Below, one piece after another: positions 29,669 through 37,636 of a DNA stretch of 64,000 nucleotides. Where the stretch lies: assembly GCA_017428085.1 (NCBI GenBank), contig JAFRRP010000069.1:3088-67087 (forward strand), given 5' to 3'. The notes below the pieces were generated by a model. It had not been told where the DNA came from. It did not search any database and saw nothing but the letters and a program-made list of their open reading frames with translations. Numbering within the stretch: position 1 is the first letter of the stretch; every line of letters starts with the position of its first letter. This stretch comes from Clostridia bacterium. GTDB taxonomy: Bacteria; Bacillota; Clostridia; Oscillospirales; Acutalibacteraceae. The position numbers and the translations under genes were made by a program.

Positions 29669-32146
29669 TCACTTCGTTTCCCCGGTCAGCACGGTCCAGC
29701 CGTCCAGTGTGCCCTCGGCAACGTGGATCTCCGCTTTGCCGTTTCGGACCTTTACCGTGCCCAGCACGCCGGGGAAGCACAGCGGCAGCGTGATATCCTC
29801 CGCGATCGGATCGAGCCGCAGGATCCGCTTCGCGGCGTCCACCCGCAGGCCCAGCGCGGCGTTCAGCGTGGTCCAGCTCGACATCGGCCGCGTGTAATGA
29901 TGGCCGCACTCCCAGTGGTCCCACAGCGCGCAGAAGCGGGCCTGGTTGTCCTGTATGGCCGCGACGAGGGCGTCCGCGTCGCCGCGCATCCCCACGCTCA
30001 GGCACAGCGCGGCCGCGACATAGCCGATCCCCGTCCATACGGCTTCCGTCTGGCAGTTTTTGTGGGAATAGAGCGTCGTTCTTCGCCCTTCCGGGCATGT
30101 GGCGTTGATAAGTCCGCCGTCCGGATCGAAATTGTGGTCGAGGATCACCCGCAGCACGTCCCTGATCCGGTCTTCGCGCAGGATGCCGCCGACGCCCGAT
30201 ACGCGCAGGAACCATTCGCCGTCCATCTGGTCGGTCATCAGCGTTTCGTCCTTCTCGTCGCCGCAGCGCCACAGGTCGTAGTATTCGCCGTTCCACAGGC
30301 GCGTTTCCAGGGAGGCGAGGCCCTTTTCCAGCAGGGTCCGCCAGCTTTGCGCACGGTCTGCGCCGCCCGTTTCGTCGGCGATCCGTGCCGCGGCCTTCAG
30401 CGCGGCGAGCCACAGCACCGCGATATACACCGGCGTGCCGGAGAGGTTCCACGCGTCGTAGGTGTTGCGCGTGGTGTCCCGGTCGGGCAGGCCGTCGCCG
30501 TCCGCGTCAAGTTCGCCGATGGAATCCACGGCGCGGATCACGTGCGGCCACATATCTTTCAGGTATGCTTCGTCGCCGGTATACAGATAGTCGCGCAGCG
30601 TCATCAGCACGAACTGGTTGTTCATGTCCACGCGCTCGTAGCCGTTGCCCACGTGGTCCAGATCCGGCGTGAAGAAGTGGTGTACGCGCCCGTCCTCCCG
30701 CTGGAAGGCGGCTCCCATGCGCATCTGACGAAGCTGCAGCTCCGGGAACAGCGCCAGCAGGCCGAAGGACGCGTGGTAGGTGATATCCGTGGTGTGGAAG
30801 CCGCAGAAGCCCTGCCCCTCCCACAGGGCGAACTTGCCGTCCTTCAGGTACCACGAGCACTTGACGAGCGTGCTCAGGTGCCCGCTCCAGCAGTCCGGGT
30901 ATACGGCGGGCAGGGTGGTATCGTAAAGCAGCTTCGAGAATGCGGCGGCCTTGTCAAATACCTCCGGATGTTCCCGCAGAAAGGCGTTCGCCTCCGCCGC
31001 CCCGGCGAACAGGTTTTCATAGTAATGCCCCAGCCGCCGTCCGTCCTTTGAAAAGTGGTTCGGGAAATACCACGTGAGGATAAAGCGCACGGTCTTTTTC
31101 TCGCCCGGGGCCAGACGCGCCGTGCTTGCCAGCGCCGCCGCGCCGAATTCCTCCGGGTTCCGGACGTGCAGGCGGTCCTGCCCCCGCATCGCCGTAAGAA
31201 AAGCGATCTGCTCTTCACGGTCGGCCGGGAACGCGGGCCGCGTCGCGCGGATACGCCGCAGCACGGACGCGGAAAAGGGATATTGGATATAAGCACTGAA
31301 AAGCGCGGCGAGCTCTCCGTCGGAGAGCGCTTCCGCGTCTTCGGGGATCTCCGGCGGCGGCGAACCGGCTGTGCTGTCCGGCAGGCGGCCCGTCTCGCGG
31401 AAGCCGAAAAGCACGGATTCCTGACTGACGCCGAAGTTGTCGTCGTCGAAGATGTATTCCCGGATGAAGCGCCGGTATTCGCCCGTAATAAAGCTCTTTT
31501 CGCCGTCGCCGCCGATGCTGAAGCTGACTTCGCCGCAGTTCGGCGCATCGGTCTTCTCCGCCGGGCGCAGGGTGACGCCGACGCTGTCGCGGCCTTTGGA
31601 AAGGGCGTTCCGGCAGCCGCCGTCGTTGCAGAACGTCGGCGCAAGGGTCCCCAGCAGGCTTACCGTCAGCGGCTCCAGCTGCGTGTTTTCGATCTCAAAA
31701 TCCAGATAAAACCCCGGCGTGGCGGCGATATCCGTCTGGTGCGGCACAAAGGGCGCCACCGCCCGGCCCGTCAGGCGGCAGGGCAGAGCGCTGTCCTCAT
31801 ATTGCAGCTCGCACACGGGGAAGCGCCCGTCGAAGGCGATCCGTTCCACCGGCTTGTTCCACGGGAACGCGCGGTAGGTGAAATCCTCCGGCTCGGTTTT
31901 CATGCCGAGCTTGCGCACCACGGGACGACCGCCGTCCGGTTCCGTCCGCACCCAGAACGACAGCGCGCCGGTACTGCCTTCGCCGTCCTCCGCCTTGTTT
32001 TCCCAGCAGACCTCGGTCAGCCGGGGCGGGTTGGCGATCTGCCAGTAGTGGAATTCGCCGTCGGGGAACAGCTCCACGCTGCCCGCGCCGATGCCGCCCA
32101 ATGCGATCCCGCTGGCGCTTGGCTTGGTCATCACGATCTTTGCCAT
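29669..32146 (-). CDS. GH116-family beta-glucosidase (GBA2-type)
   Basis: N-terminus GIALGGIGAGSVELFPDGEFHYWQIANP is the GH116 N-domain signature. A long C-terminal (alpha/alpha)6 region follows (DAWNLSGTPVYIAVLWLAALKAAARIA). Confidence 0.8.
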   Translation of the reverse strand: MAKIVMTKPSASGIALGGIGAGSVELFPDGEFHYWQIANPPRLTEVCWENKAEDGEGSTGALSFWVRTEPDGGRPVVRKLGMKTEPEDFTYRAFPWNKPVERIAFDGRFPVCELQYEDSALPCRLTGRAVAPFVPHQTDIAATPGFYLDFEIENTQLEPLTVSLLGTLAPTFCNDGGCRNALSKGRDSVGVTLRPAEKTDAPNCGEVSFSIGGDGEKSFITGEYRRFIREYIFDDDNFGVSQESVLFGFRETGRLPDSTAGSPPPEIPEDAEALSDGELAALFSAYIQYPFSASVLRRIRATRPAFPADREEQIAFLTAMRGQDRLHVRNPEEFGAAALASTARLAPGEKKTVRFILTWYFPNHFSKDGRRLGHYYENLFAGAAEANAFLREHPEVFDKAAAFSKLLYDTTLPAVYPDCWSGHLSTLVKCSWYLKDGKFALWEGQGFCGFHTTDITYHASFGLLALFPELQLRQMRMGAAFQREDGRVHHFFTPDLDHVGNGYERVDMNNQFVLMTLRDYLYTGDEAYLKDMWPHVIRAVDSIGELDADGDGLPDRDTTRNTYDAWNLSGTPVYIAVLWLAALKAAARIADETGGADRAQSWRTLLEKGLASLETRLWNGEYYDLWRCGDEKDETLMTDQMDGEWFLRVSGVGGILREDRIRDVLRVILDHNFDPDGGLINATCPEGRRTTLYSHKNCQTEAVWTGIGYVAAALCLSVGMRGDADALVAAIQDNQARFCALWDHWECGHHYTRPMSSWTTLNAALGLRVDAAKRILRLDPIAEDITLPLCFPGVLGTVKVRNGKAEIHVAEGTLDGWTVLTGETK

Positions 32147-32406
32147 ATGTCAAACCACCTTTCAATCGAGCCTGTGAATCTTTTTTTATCATGATAGCAT
32201 AAAACGATTTAAAAATCTACATTTCAATCAATTATTGCGCCGTTGCAGCAAACAAAAAGTCACAAGCGACGATATGCGGTCCTGATCCTGTGGGATACCG
32301 ATTGCAAGCAGATTGGCAAAAAAATGTACGCGGTATTCTGCGTTTTGATATCAAATTGCGCCATGCTGCCTCCGATTCATAGAATAATACAGAGAGAAAA
32401 AGAAAA

Positions 32407-32435
32407 GCCGCAAAGAGGGGATCCCTGCGGCTTTT
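32407..32435. terminator. Hairpin with flanking T/A runs in a non-coding spacer
   Basis: GCCGCA..GGGATCCC..TGCGGC hairpin. TTTTG follows on the plus strand and TTTTCTTTTTCT on the minus strand. It would insulate GH116 from upstream minus-strand transcription. Confidence 0.4.
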
Positions 32436-32627
32436 GTGCGGTCTGAACCGCGATTCCGGAGAGAAGTGTCTTGAACCCCCGATGTCTTGCTCCCAAACGG
32501 CTCCGTAATCTCTTTTCCATTGGGAAACAGTCGCTTCCGGCGCTTTCTGTTCCGGAAAAAATGCTCTCCGGCGCGCTTGTCTCCATTGTCTCCGCCCGCT
32601 CCGGCTCCCGTTATGGTCGGATATGTG

Positions 32628-32681
32628 GTCATAAACAAAACCGCTCCCGAAAACCGTTTGTCGCGGCACCCGAGAGCGGTT
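32628..32681 (-). terminator. Terminator downstream of the EcsC-like gene
   Basis: 11-bp stem AACCGCTCCCG / CGAGAGCGGTT (one mismatch), followed on the minus strand by TTTGTTTAT. Confidence 0.45.
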
Positions 32682-32761
32682 GTATGGTAGCTCTGTTATA
32701 CCAAAATGTCAAGTGCTTTTCGAGTTAAAATTACGAATTGATGTATTGCCGGATTGATTAT

Positions 32762-33634
32762 TTATTCGTCGGTTTCAGCAGTTTCTTCCGTATTGTCCTC
32801 AGAGATTGCAGATCCAGAATAACTATCAGGATTTTTGTAGTATTCTGGATTGCACAGATTTAGGCTTGTAAAACTTTTTCGAAGTCTTTTGGCAGAGGGC
32901 TTGAACGCTGCATAAGTTAATCCCCCTGTTACTACACCCCCAATTACAGGGACAACTTTCGATACACCGTTTGCGAAGATTTGTTTTGTCATTCTAACTC
33001 CGATTGTCTGAGCAATCTTTTTTACTATCGGATAAATAGTTCCTTTTGTTAGGGCCTTTTGCGCTAAAGATTTGGACACTTTTTGTGCAGCAGCTTGAGC
33101 TAAGAATTTTACACCGGCGTTTGCACTTTGAACACCAAACATCACCCCGAGAAAAACCATTACATGATTCATTGTATCTACATTGACTTCATCTTCGTTG
33201 AGATTAAATTGATCAAATCCATACAGATAAGCCAATTGCTGCATTACGCGGAGAATAAAACCAAAAAATTGCGTAATGTCGGCCGGAATTGTACCGAGCA
33301 TAGCAAAACCACCGGGGATACCTGCCGCAAATGAAATAGCAGAAACTTTGTTGGTTTCATAATTGATTACCTGTTTTGCAATTGGGTCTATTACGGACCT
33401 TTCTATTCCTGCAAATGCAGGGTTCTTATCAATGGCGATTTGTATCTGCTTTTCCGAACACTTCCCATTCAGCTCTTTTCTAAGAAAAGCTTCCCGGTTG
33501 ATTTTTACTAACGGCAGCTTCATTGCCTTAAATAAAATCTCCTCAAGTGGGATCTTTTCTAAAACAACGTCACCTTTTTCGGCTATTTGCTTTTGTGCTG
33601 ATGCAACCACATCTTTTATTATTTTAATGTCCAT
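32762..33634 (-). CDS. EcsC-like protein
   Basis: AT-rich codon usage and an AGGAG RBS 6 nt before ATG 33634. The central segment AAGIPGGFAMLGTIPADITQFFGFILRVMQQLAYLYGF resembles the EcsC family core. The C-terminal half is hydrophobic and glycine-rich. Confidence 0.5.
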   Translation of the reverse strand: MDIKIIKDVVASAQKQIAEKGDVVLEKIPLEEILFKAMKLPLVKINREAFLRKELNGKCSEKQIQIAIDKNPAFAGIERSVIDPIAKQVINYETNKVSAISFAAGIPGGFAMLGTIPADITQFFGFILRVMQQLAYLYGFDQFNLNEDEVNVDTMNHVMVFLGVMFGVQSANAGVKFLAQAAAQKVSKSLAQKALTKGTIYPIVKKIAQTIGVRMTKQIFANGVSKVVPVIGGVVTGGLTYAAFKPSAKRLRKSFTSLNLCNPEYYKNPDSYSGSAISEDNTEETAETDE

Positions 33635-33730
33635 AATCTGCTCCTGTCGTTGAATTTGTTAGTTCATATTAAGAGCTGTATTTTTCGCGATTTATTATCC
33701 TCTGACGACGGTCATGTTGACTTTATTCTT

Positions 33731-34492
33731 CTATGCTTTTCGCTCGGATATTTCAACCAGCGGTGCTTTAAAAGCATGAGGAACATGGTAGTATTCTTTC
33801 AACGCTGCCATCAAGGATTCCTCAATGTCATTGCGTAATTCCATAGAGTCCTGTTCAGATACAGTAAATTCATAAGAAAAAGTCTTTGATGTCTTTTTGT
33901 TGTACTCCACCGTAATATCTGCGGTGTATTTTCCAATCTCCCAAAAGAAATCACTCAAAATGCTGTTTTTTGCATCAATAAACGCAGTAGTTTGGGAAAA
34001 AGCCGCATATGCCTCATTGTAAGTAGGTACTTGCACCGATTGCAACACTAAAGGAGTCAAATTGTTGCATATTTTCCGAATCTTTTTGCCGGAAGAATCA
34101 GAGGGATCCCCATATTCAATAAATGCACAAGAAACGCTATCGGCTTCAACGCGGAAAGGATGTGCAGCCTCCATTGTTTGGACATAATTTCCGAGCATAC
34201 TCTGATTGACAGGAGAAATAAGAAAAGACCAAACAAGGTTGAGTTTTTGATCATCGCGTTTGCGCGTAAGAACTAAGCTCAACTTTTTGATGGTAGAGGC
34301 TTTCCTTTCAGATTCAAGAACACCATTGAGACGAATGTATGACCCACTCTGATTGAAAAATAGTGTAGCTTGTCCAGTAGGATAAAATTTTACTGTTCCT
34401 TTAACAATCCACTTTTTCCAGGCCCACTGAACTATCGGTATGATAATTGCTATAACAGATAAAAAAATAGCAATTTTCTCATATAAAGACAT
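33731..34492 (-). CDS. Hypothetical single-pass membrane protein
   Basis: GGAG RBS 5 nt before ATG 34492 (the ORF-track start at 34531 lacks one). N-terminal TM helix IAIFLSVIAIIIPIVQWAW. No recognisable domain. Confidence 0.55.
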   Translation of the reverse strand: MSLYEKIAIFLSVIAIIIPIVQWAWKKWIVKGTVKFYPTGQATLFFNQSGSYIRLNGVLESERKASTIKKLSLVLTRKRDDQKLNLVWSFLISPVNQSMLGNYVQTMEAAHPFRVEADSVSCAFIEYGDPSDSSGKKIRKICNNLTPLVLQSVQVPTYNEAYAAFSQTTAFIDAKNSILSDFFWEIGKYTADITVEYNKKTSKTFSYEFTVSEQDSMELRNDIEESLMAALKEYYHVPHAFKAPLVEISERKA

Positions 34493-34638
34493 CCCGGCTC
34501 CAGTTTGTTGAATAGGCGTTATGCTAAGCATAAAAAAACACCTCCGCTTTTATGCTGAAATCGATAAACTGTTTTTCCTGTTAGCTTATCTATTAGTCAG
34601 TACAGAATAACCCTGTGTTCAATCTCCCTAATTTTTCA

Positions 34639-35016
34639 TTAGGTCTTATGTGTAAGCACCCATTGTAGCAGATCTTCATACCCCATGCTTCCGTCTGCAA
34701 CAGAAAGCCCGATGTGAATGATCTCTTCATCCGTACATTTGATTTTTATGCCGTTCATTTCAAGAAAAGAAAGCATAACGTATACGCCGATCCGTTTGTT
34801 TCCGTCCACGAACGCGTGATTGCTGATAAGGGCATACCCGAGCCGGGCGCCCTTTTCTTCTTTGGTTGGGTAAAACTCCCGATCTCCGAATCCCGCAAAC
34901 GCACTCTCTAACGCAGATTCCAGCAACGCTTCATCCCGAACCCCGATGCTGCCGCCGGTTGCCTCCGCCATCAGTTTGTGCAAAAGCAAAATCTTTTCCT
35001 TCGAGAATTTGATCAT
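34639..35016 (-). CDS. doc: Doc (death-on-curing) Fic-fold toxin
   Basis: Fic/Doc motif HAFVDGNKRIG, about 125 aa. The start overlaps the phd stop (ATGA). Confidence 0.85.
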   Translation of the reverse strand: MIKFSKEKILLLHKLMAEATGGSIGVRDEALLESALESAFAGFGDREFYPTKEEKGARLGYALISNHAFVDGNKRIGVYVMLSFLEMNGIKIKCTDEEIIHIGLSVADGSMGYEDLLQWVLTHKT

Positions 35017-35255
35017 TTCGCAAGCTCCTCAAACGCGGCTTTGTGTTCCCGGAGAATTCTTCCCGCAACAAATTCCAGCTTTTCGTCTTCCGTCATGTCG
35101 ATCTGCGGTTCCGTATCCAGATCGATCACCAGCAGCTTCGGCCGGTTGTTCTTGAATACCACTACGTGCCCTTTTTCTTCCGCCTGCTTCGCCACGCGGG
35201 AAAAGTTCTGATTCGCCTCCGTCGCTGTTACGATGGCGTTGGTATCGATCGTCAT
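35013..35255 (-). CDS. phd: Phd/YefM-family antitoxin
   Basis: 80-aa protein IVTATEANQNFSRVAKQAEEKGHVVVFKNNRPKLLVIDL, typical of Phd/YefM. GGAAGGTG RBS before ATG 35255. Translationally coupled to doc. Confidence 0.8.
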   Translation of the reverse strand: MTIDTNAIVTATEANQNFSRVAKQAEEKGHVVVFKNNRPKLLVIDLDTEPQIDMTEDEKLEFVAGRILREHKAAFEELAK

Positions 35256-35276
35256 AAAAATCACCTTCCCGTATAC

Positions 35277-35304
35277 AGTATAACACAAAATAGGCAAAAA
35301 TCAA
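35277..35304 (-). promoter_or_regulatory. Putative phd-doc promoter
   Basis: On the minus strand: TTGATT, 16-nt spacer, TATACT, about 20 nt upstream of the phd RBS. Confidence 0.45.
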
Positions 35305-35358
35305 CCTATTTTCTTTTGCATCTAAAACTGCATCGGACTAAGCAAAATACAATCCATT

Positions 35359-35450
35359 TCCGACGATTGGCCACAATTTACTCCGATGATTGACCGGGGT
35401 TCACTCCGACGATTGGCAGCTTTTTATTCCGATGATTGGCGAAATATAGA
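35359..35450. repeat. Four direct iterons with exact 23-bp phasing (core TCCGAYGATTGRC)
   Basis: Cores start at 35359, 35382, 35405 and 35428: tccgacgattggc, tccgatgattgac, tccgacgattggc, tccgatgattggc. Each is followed by a non-conserved 10-bp spacer. The period is not a multiple of 3, so the repeats are non-coding. Confidence 0.85.
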
Positions 35451-35556
35451 TCAACAGGCGTTTCATCATTCAAATAAACCGCCCCCAGAAGCCGCAAAAA
35501 CGCGGCTAACCTCCGGGAGCGTTCTCTTTACCTCTGTTTTCTCTGCAAGGTCAACG

Positions 35557-35607
35557 CATTTTTCTTTCTCTGCCGGTCAGAATTTGCACCGCTGAAACAA
35601 AGAATAA
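35557..35607. repeat. 51-bp direct repeat, copy 1
   Basis: catttttctttctcTgccggtcagaatTtgcAccgcTgaaacaaagaataa. It differs from copy 2 at 4 positions. Confidence 0.85.
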
Positions 35608-35616
35608 CGCCTGCTG

Positions 35617-36048
35617 TCATGATCTGAAGAACGCCGGGTTGAAACGGTATTTCCCTTTACCCATTCCGTTGACGGGCGCAAGGATATCTGCGGCAGATAA
35701 CTTTCGAAGCAGCTCCGAAGCCGGAGATGGCGTCAGTGCCAAAAGCTCCATGACTTCCGTTCTGCCGAAAAAGCGGTCAAAACCGAACGCTTCAAAAAGC
35801 AACACAGCGTTCGTCGCGGATTTCTTCGGGATCCCGGCGTTGACGATCCGATCAATGTCCTGTTTTTAATCTTGAATGTCCTGTTTTTCGCTTTCAATGT
35901 CCTGTTTTTTAAGCGCGCCGCTGATATGCATCGTTCTGTTTAACAACGGACAACGCTCATTCAGCAACAGGTTCCGCAAAAACAACTCTAAAAATTCCGT
36001 CGTTTCATGAACGCCTTTTTGCAGATTGGTGTAGTTCGCCCGCACCAT
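35617..36048 (-). pseudogene. Decayed gene: C-terminal winged-helix fragment interrupted by an in-frame TAA
   Basis: ORFs 35866-36048 and 35617-35805 are in the same frame, separated only by TAA (35866-35868). Read-through gives ...KKQDIESEKQDIQD*KQDIDRIVNAGIPKKSATNAVLLFEAFGFDRFFGRTEVMELLALTPSPASELLRKLSAADILAPVNGMGKGKYRF. That is a wHTH tail of the kind found at the C-terminus of AlbA_2/RecG-like putative regulators. No plausible N-terminal catalytic part is present. Confidence 0.5.
35854..35909. repeat. 21-bp tandem repeat x3 inside the decayed gene
   Basis: aatgtcctgttttt recurs at 35854, 35875 and 35896. It encodes the KQDI-x3 peptide repeat on the minus strand. The in-frame stop sits in one repeat unit. 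Confidence 0.8.
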
Positions 36049-36064
36049 GGCATTGCGGAAATAC

Positions 36065-36115
36065 CATTTTTCTTTCTCCGCCGGTCAGAATCTGCGCCGC
36101 AGAAACAAAGAATAA
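36065..36115. repeat. 51-bp direct repeat, copy 2
   Basis: catttttctttctcCgccggtcagaatCtgcGccgcAgaaacaaagaataa, 508 bp from copy 1. Confidence 0.85.
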
Positions 36116-36298
36116 AGATCCGCCTCCGCGCTCCGCTTTGGATATGATTTTCAAAAAAACGGGCCGCCTGCATCAATTTCTTTGGTCGTCCACGCAAAGA
36201 CCGTTTCTTGGTACAGCAATCTGTTGACGCAAAGCCGCTTTTGTGCTATTGTAAGGATGCTGAATTCAGAAAAAAGGGATAAAAAGGGGATACCTACC

Positions 36299-37114
36299 AT
36301 GTCGTTCAAAATCGGTTTTACTTCGGAAAATATAAATACAACGCTCCCGCAAGAGACGGCTGCCGTCCCGCAGGCGGAAGCTGCGCCGCGTAAATCCGTC
36401 GTGCAGATCTACTTTGCGGACAGAAACATGAATCTGGCGTATTACAACGACCGCTTTGATCTGAAAGTGGGAGATTGGGTATACGTGGACGGCAAGCTGG
36501 AGGGCTTGCGCGGGCGCGTGACCTCCGTCAATTATAATTTCAAGATCAAGCTTTCTGCCTATCAGCGCGTGATCGCAAAAATCGATACGGACGTCCACGG
36601 CGCGTTTTTCCACGTCGGCTCGCACGTTGTGACCTTTGACCGGCATGCGCTTCCGGCGGAGCAGGTGATCACATGGTTCCGGGCGCCGCTGCCGGAAGAG
36701 GAAGAGATTGCGGCGGGGTTTGACGATACCGCATTCTCTCTTGACAATTTGGAGGAAATGCACGCCGAAAGCAAAATCGTTGAACGCGGGCACAACTATT
36801 ATATGGAAAACCGGGTGCGCTATCTCTGCATCGACGACGCCAAAGGATATGCGATCGTGGAGGGCGCCGACACGTATGAGGTGGAATTTGAGTTTCGGGA
36901 CAGAACGGTAAAGAATCTCACCTGTTCCTGTTTCTGCAGCTATCCCTGCAAGCATGAAGTGGCCGTCATGCTCCAGCTCCGGGAATCCCTCGACCGCATC
37001 GCGGAAAACTATCAGGAAGAATATGAAAAAACCGGTTATCTCGCTTTGCTGAGCAAGAACGCGCTTTTCTCTTACGTCTTAGCCGGGAAAGAAACGGGTT
37101 CCCTCAGCCTTTGA
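36299..37114 (+). CDS. SWIM zinc-finger domain protein
   Basis: CxCx(n)CxH signature LTCSCFCSYPCKHEVAVMLQL near the C-terminus. AAAAGGGGA RBS before ATG 36299. The ORF-track start at 36182 is unsupported. Confidence 0.7.
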   Translation: MSFKIGFTSENINTTLPQETAAVPQAEAAPRKSVVQIYFADRNMNLAYYNDRFDLKVGDWVYVDGKLEGLRGRVTSVNYNFKIKLSAYQRVIAKIDTDVHGAFFHVGSHVVTFDRHALPAEQVITWFRAPLPEEEEIAAGFDDTAFSLDNLEEMHAESKIVERGHNYYMENRVRYLCIDDAKGYAIVEGADTYEVEFEFRDRTVKNLTCSCFCSYPCKHEVAVMLQLRESLDRIAENYQEEYEKTGYLALLSKNALFSYVLAGKETGSLSL

Positions 37115-37148
37115 GAATAGGGAATCCGGATTGGAAGGGGACAAAAAC

Positions 37149-37343
37149 ATGACAAACACAGCGCATTGGATCCGGCAAACGCATCTGTTCCGCAAGGACG
37201 AATATCAGTGCTCCGCCTGCGGCTTCCTCTCCGGCAAGCCCGCCGCAGCCTGCTTGCACTGCGGGGCAAAAATGAAGGGCGCAAAGTCCGGCCGGTCCTG
37301 GGTGGACGAGATGGCCGCCTTCGATGCGATATTTGAGGATTAA
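37149..37343 (+). CDS. Small zinc-ribbon protein (64 aa)
   Basis: Two CxxC pairs (CSACG ... CLHCG). GGAAGGGG RBS 8 nt before ATG 37149. It follows the SWIM gene by 34 nt. Confidence 0.5.
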   Translation: MTNTAHWIRQTHLFRKDEYQCSACGFLSGKPAAACLHCGAKMKGAKSGRSWVDEMAAFDAIFED

Positions 37344-37363
37344 AGAAACAGGGAGGTGTTCCT

Positions 37364-37513
37364 ATGGTATGGGGCAACGACGATTTCTTCGGCGGGATGT
37401 TTGATTTTAACGGCGACGGACAAACCGACTCCGTCGAAGCCGCCCTCGGCTACCAGATTCTTGACGAAATGGATCGGGAAGACGACGAAGATAACGATTC
37501 CGACAACAATTGA
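37364..37513 (+). CDS. 49-aa highly acidic microprotein (not in the ORF track)
   Basis: GGGAGG RBS (37351-37356) 7 nt before ATG 37364. Translation: MVWGNDDFFGGMFDFNGDGQTDSVEAALGYQILDEMDREDDEDNDSDNN. It ends 11 nt before a strong terminator. Confidence 0.45.
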   Translation: MVWGNDDFFGGMFDFNGDGQTDSVEAALGYQILDEMDREDDEDNDSDNN

Positions 37514-37523
37514 CTGAATCTTT

Positions 37524-37565
37524 TCGGCAGATTTTTGAATCAATCAAAAAACTGCCGATTTTTTG
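37524..37565 (+). terminator. Rho-independent terminator closing the SWIM/zinc-ribbon/microprotein operon
   Basis: CGGCAGaTTTTT-loop-AAAAAaCTGCCG (12-bp stem, one mismatch) followed by a T-run. Confidence 0.7.
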
Positions 37566-37594
37566 TTGACTGTCCGGCTGATTCGGGGTATACT
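37566..37594 (+). promoter_or_regulatory. Sigma-70-type promoter for the AAA ATPase gene
   Basis: TTGACT (37566-37571), 17-nt spacer, TATACT (37589-37594). Confidence 0.5.
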
Positions 37595-37636
37595 GTATAT
37601 ATGTTATCTCAAAAACTGTGTACGCAGGTGGTGCAT

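Noticed and set aside
29639-32194. Plus-strand ORFs 29639-31051 and 31055-32194
   Set aside because: They are antisense shadows of the GH116 gene.
35557-36115. Diversity-generating retroelement (TR/VR pair) as an explanation of the 51-bp repeats
   Set aside because: There are only 4 differences, and not all are at adenines. No reverse transcriptase gene occurs anywhere in the window, and the repeats are not inside an intact target gene.
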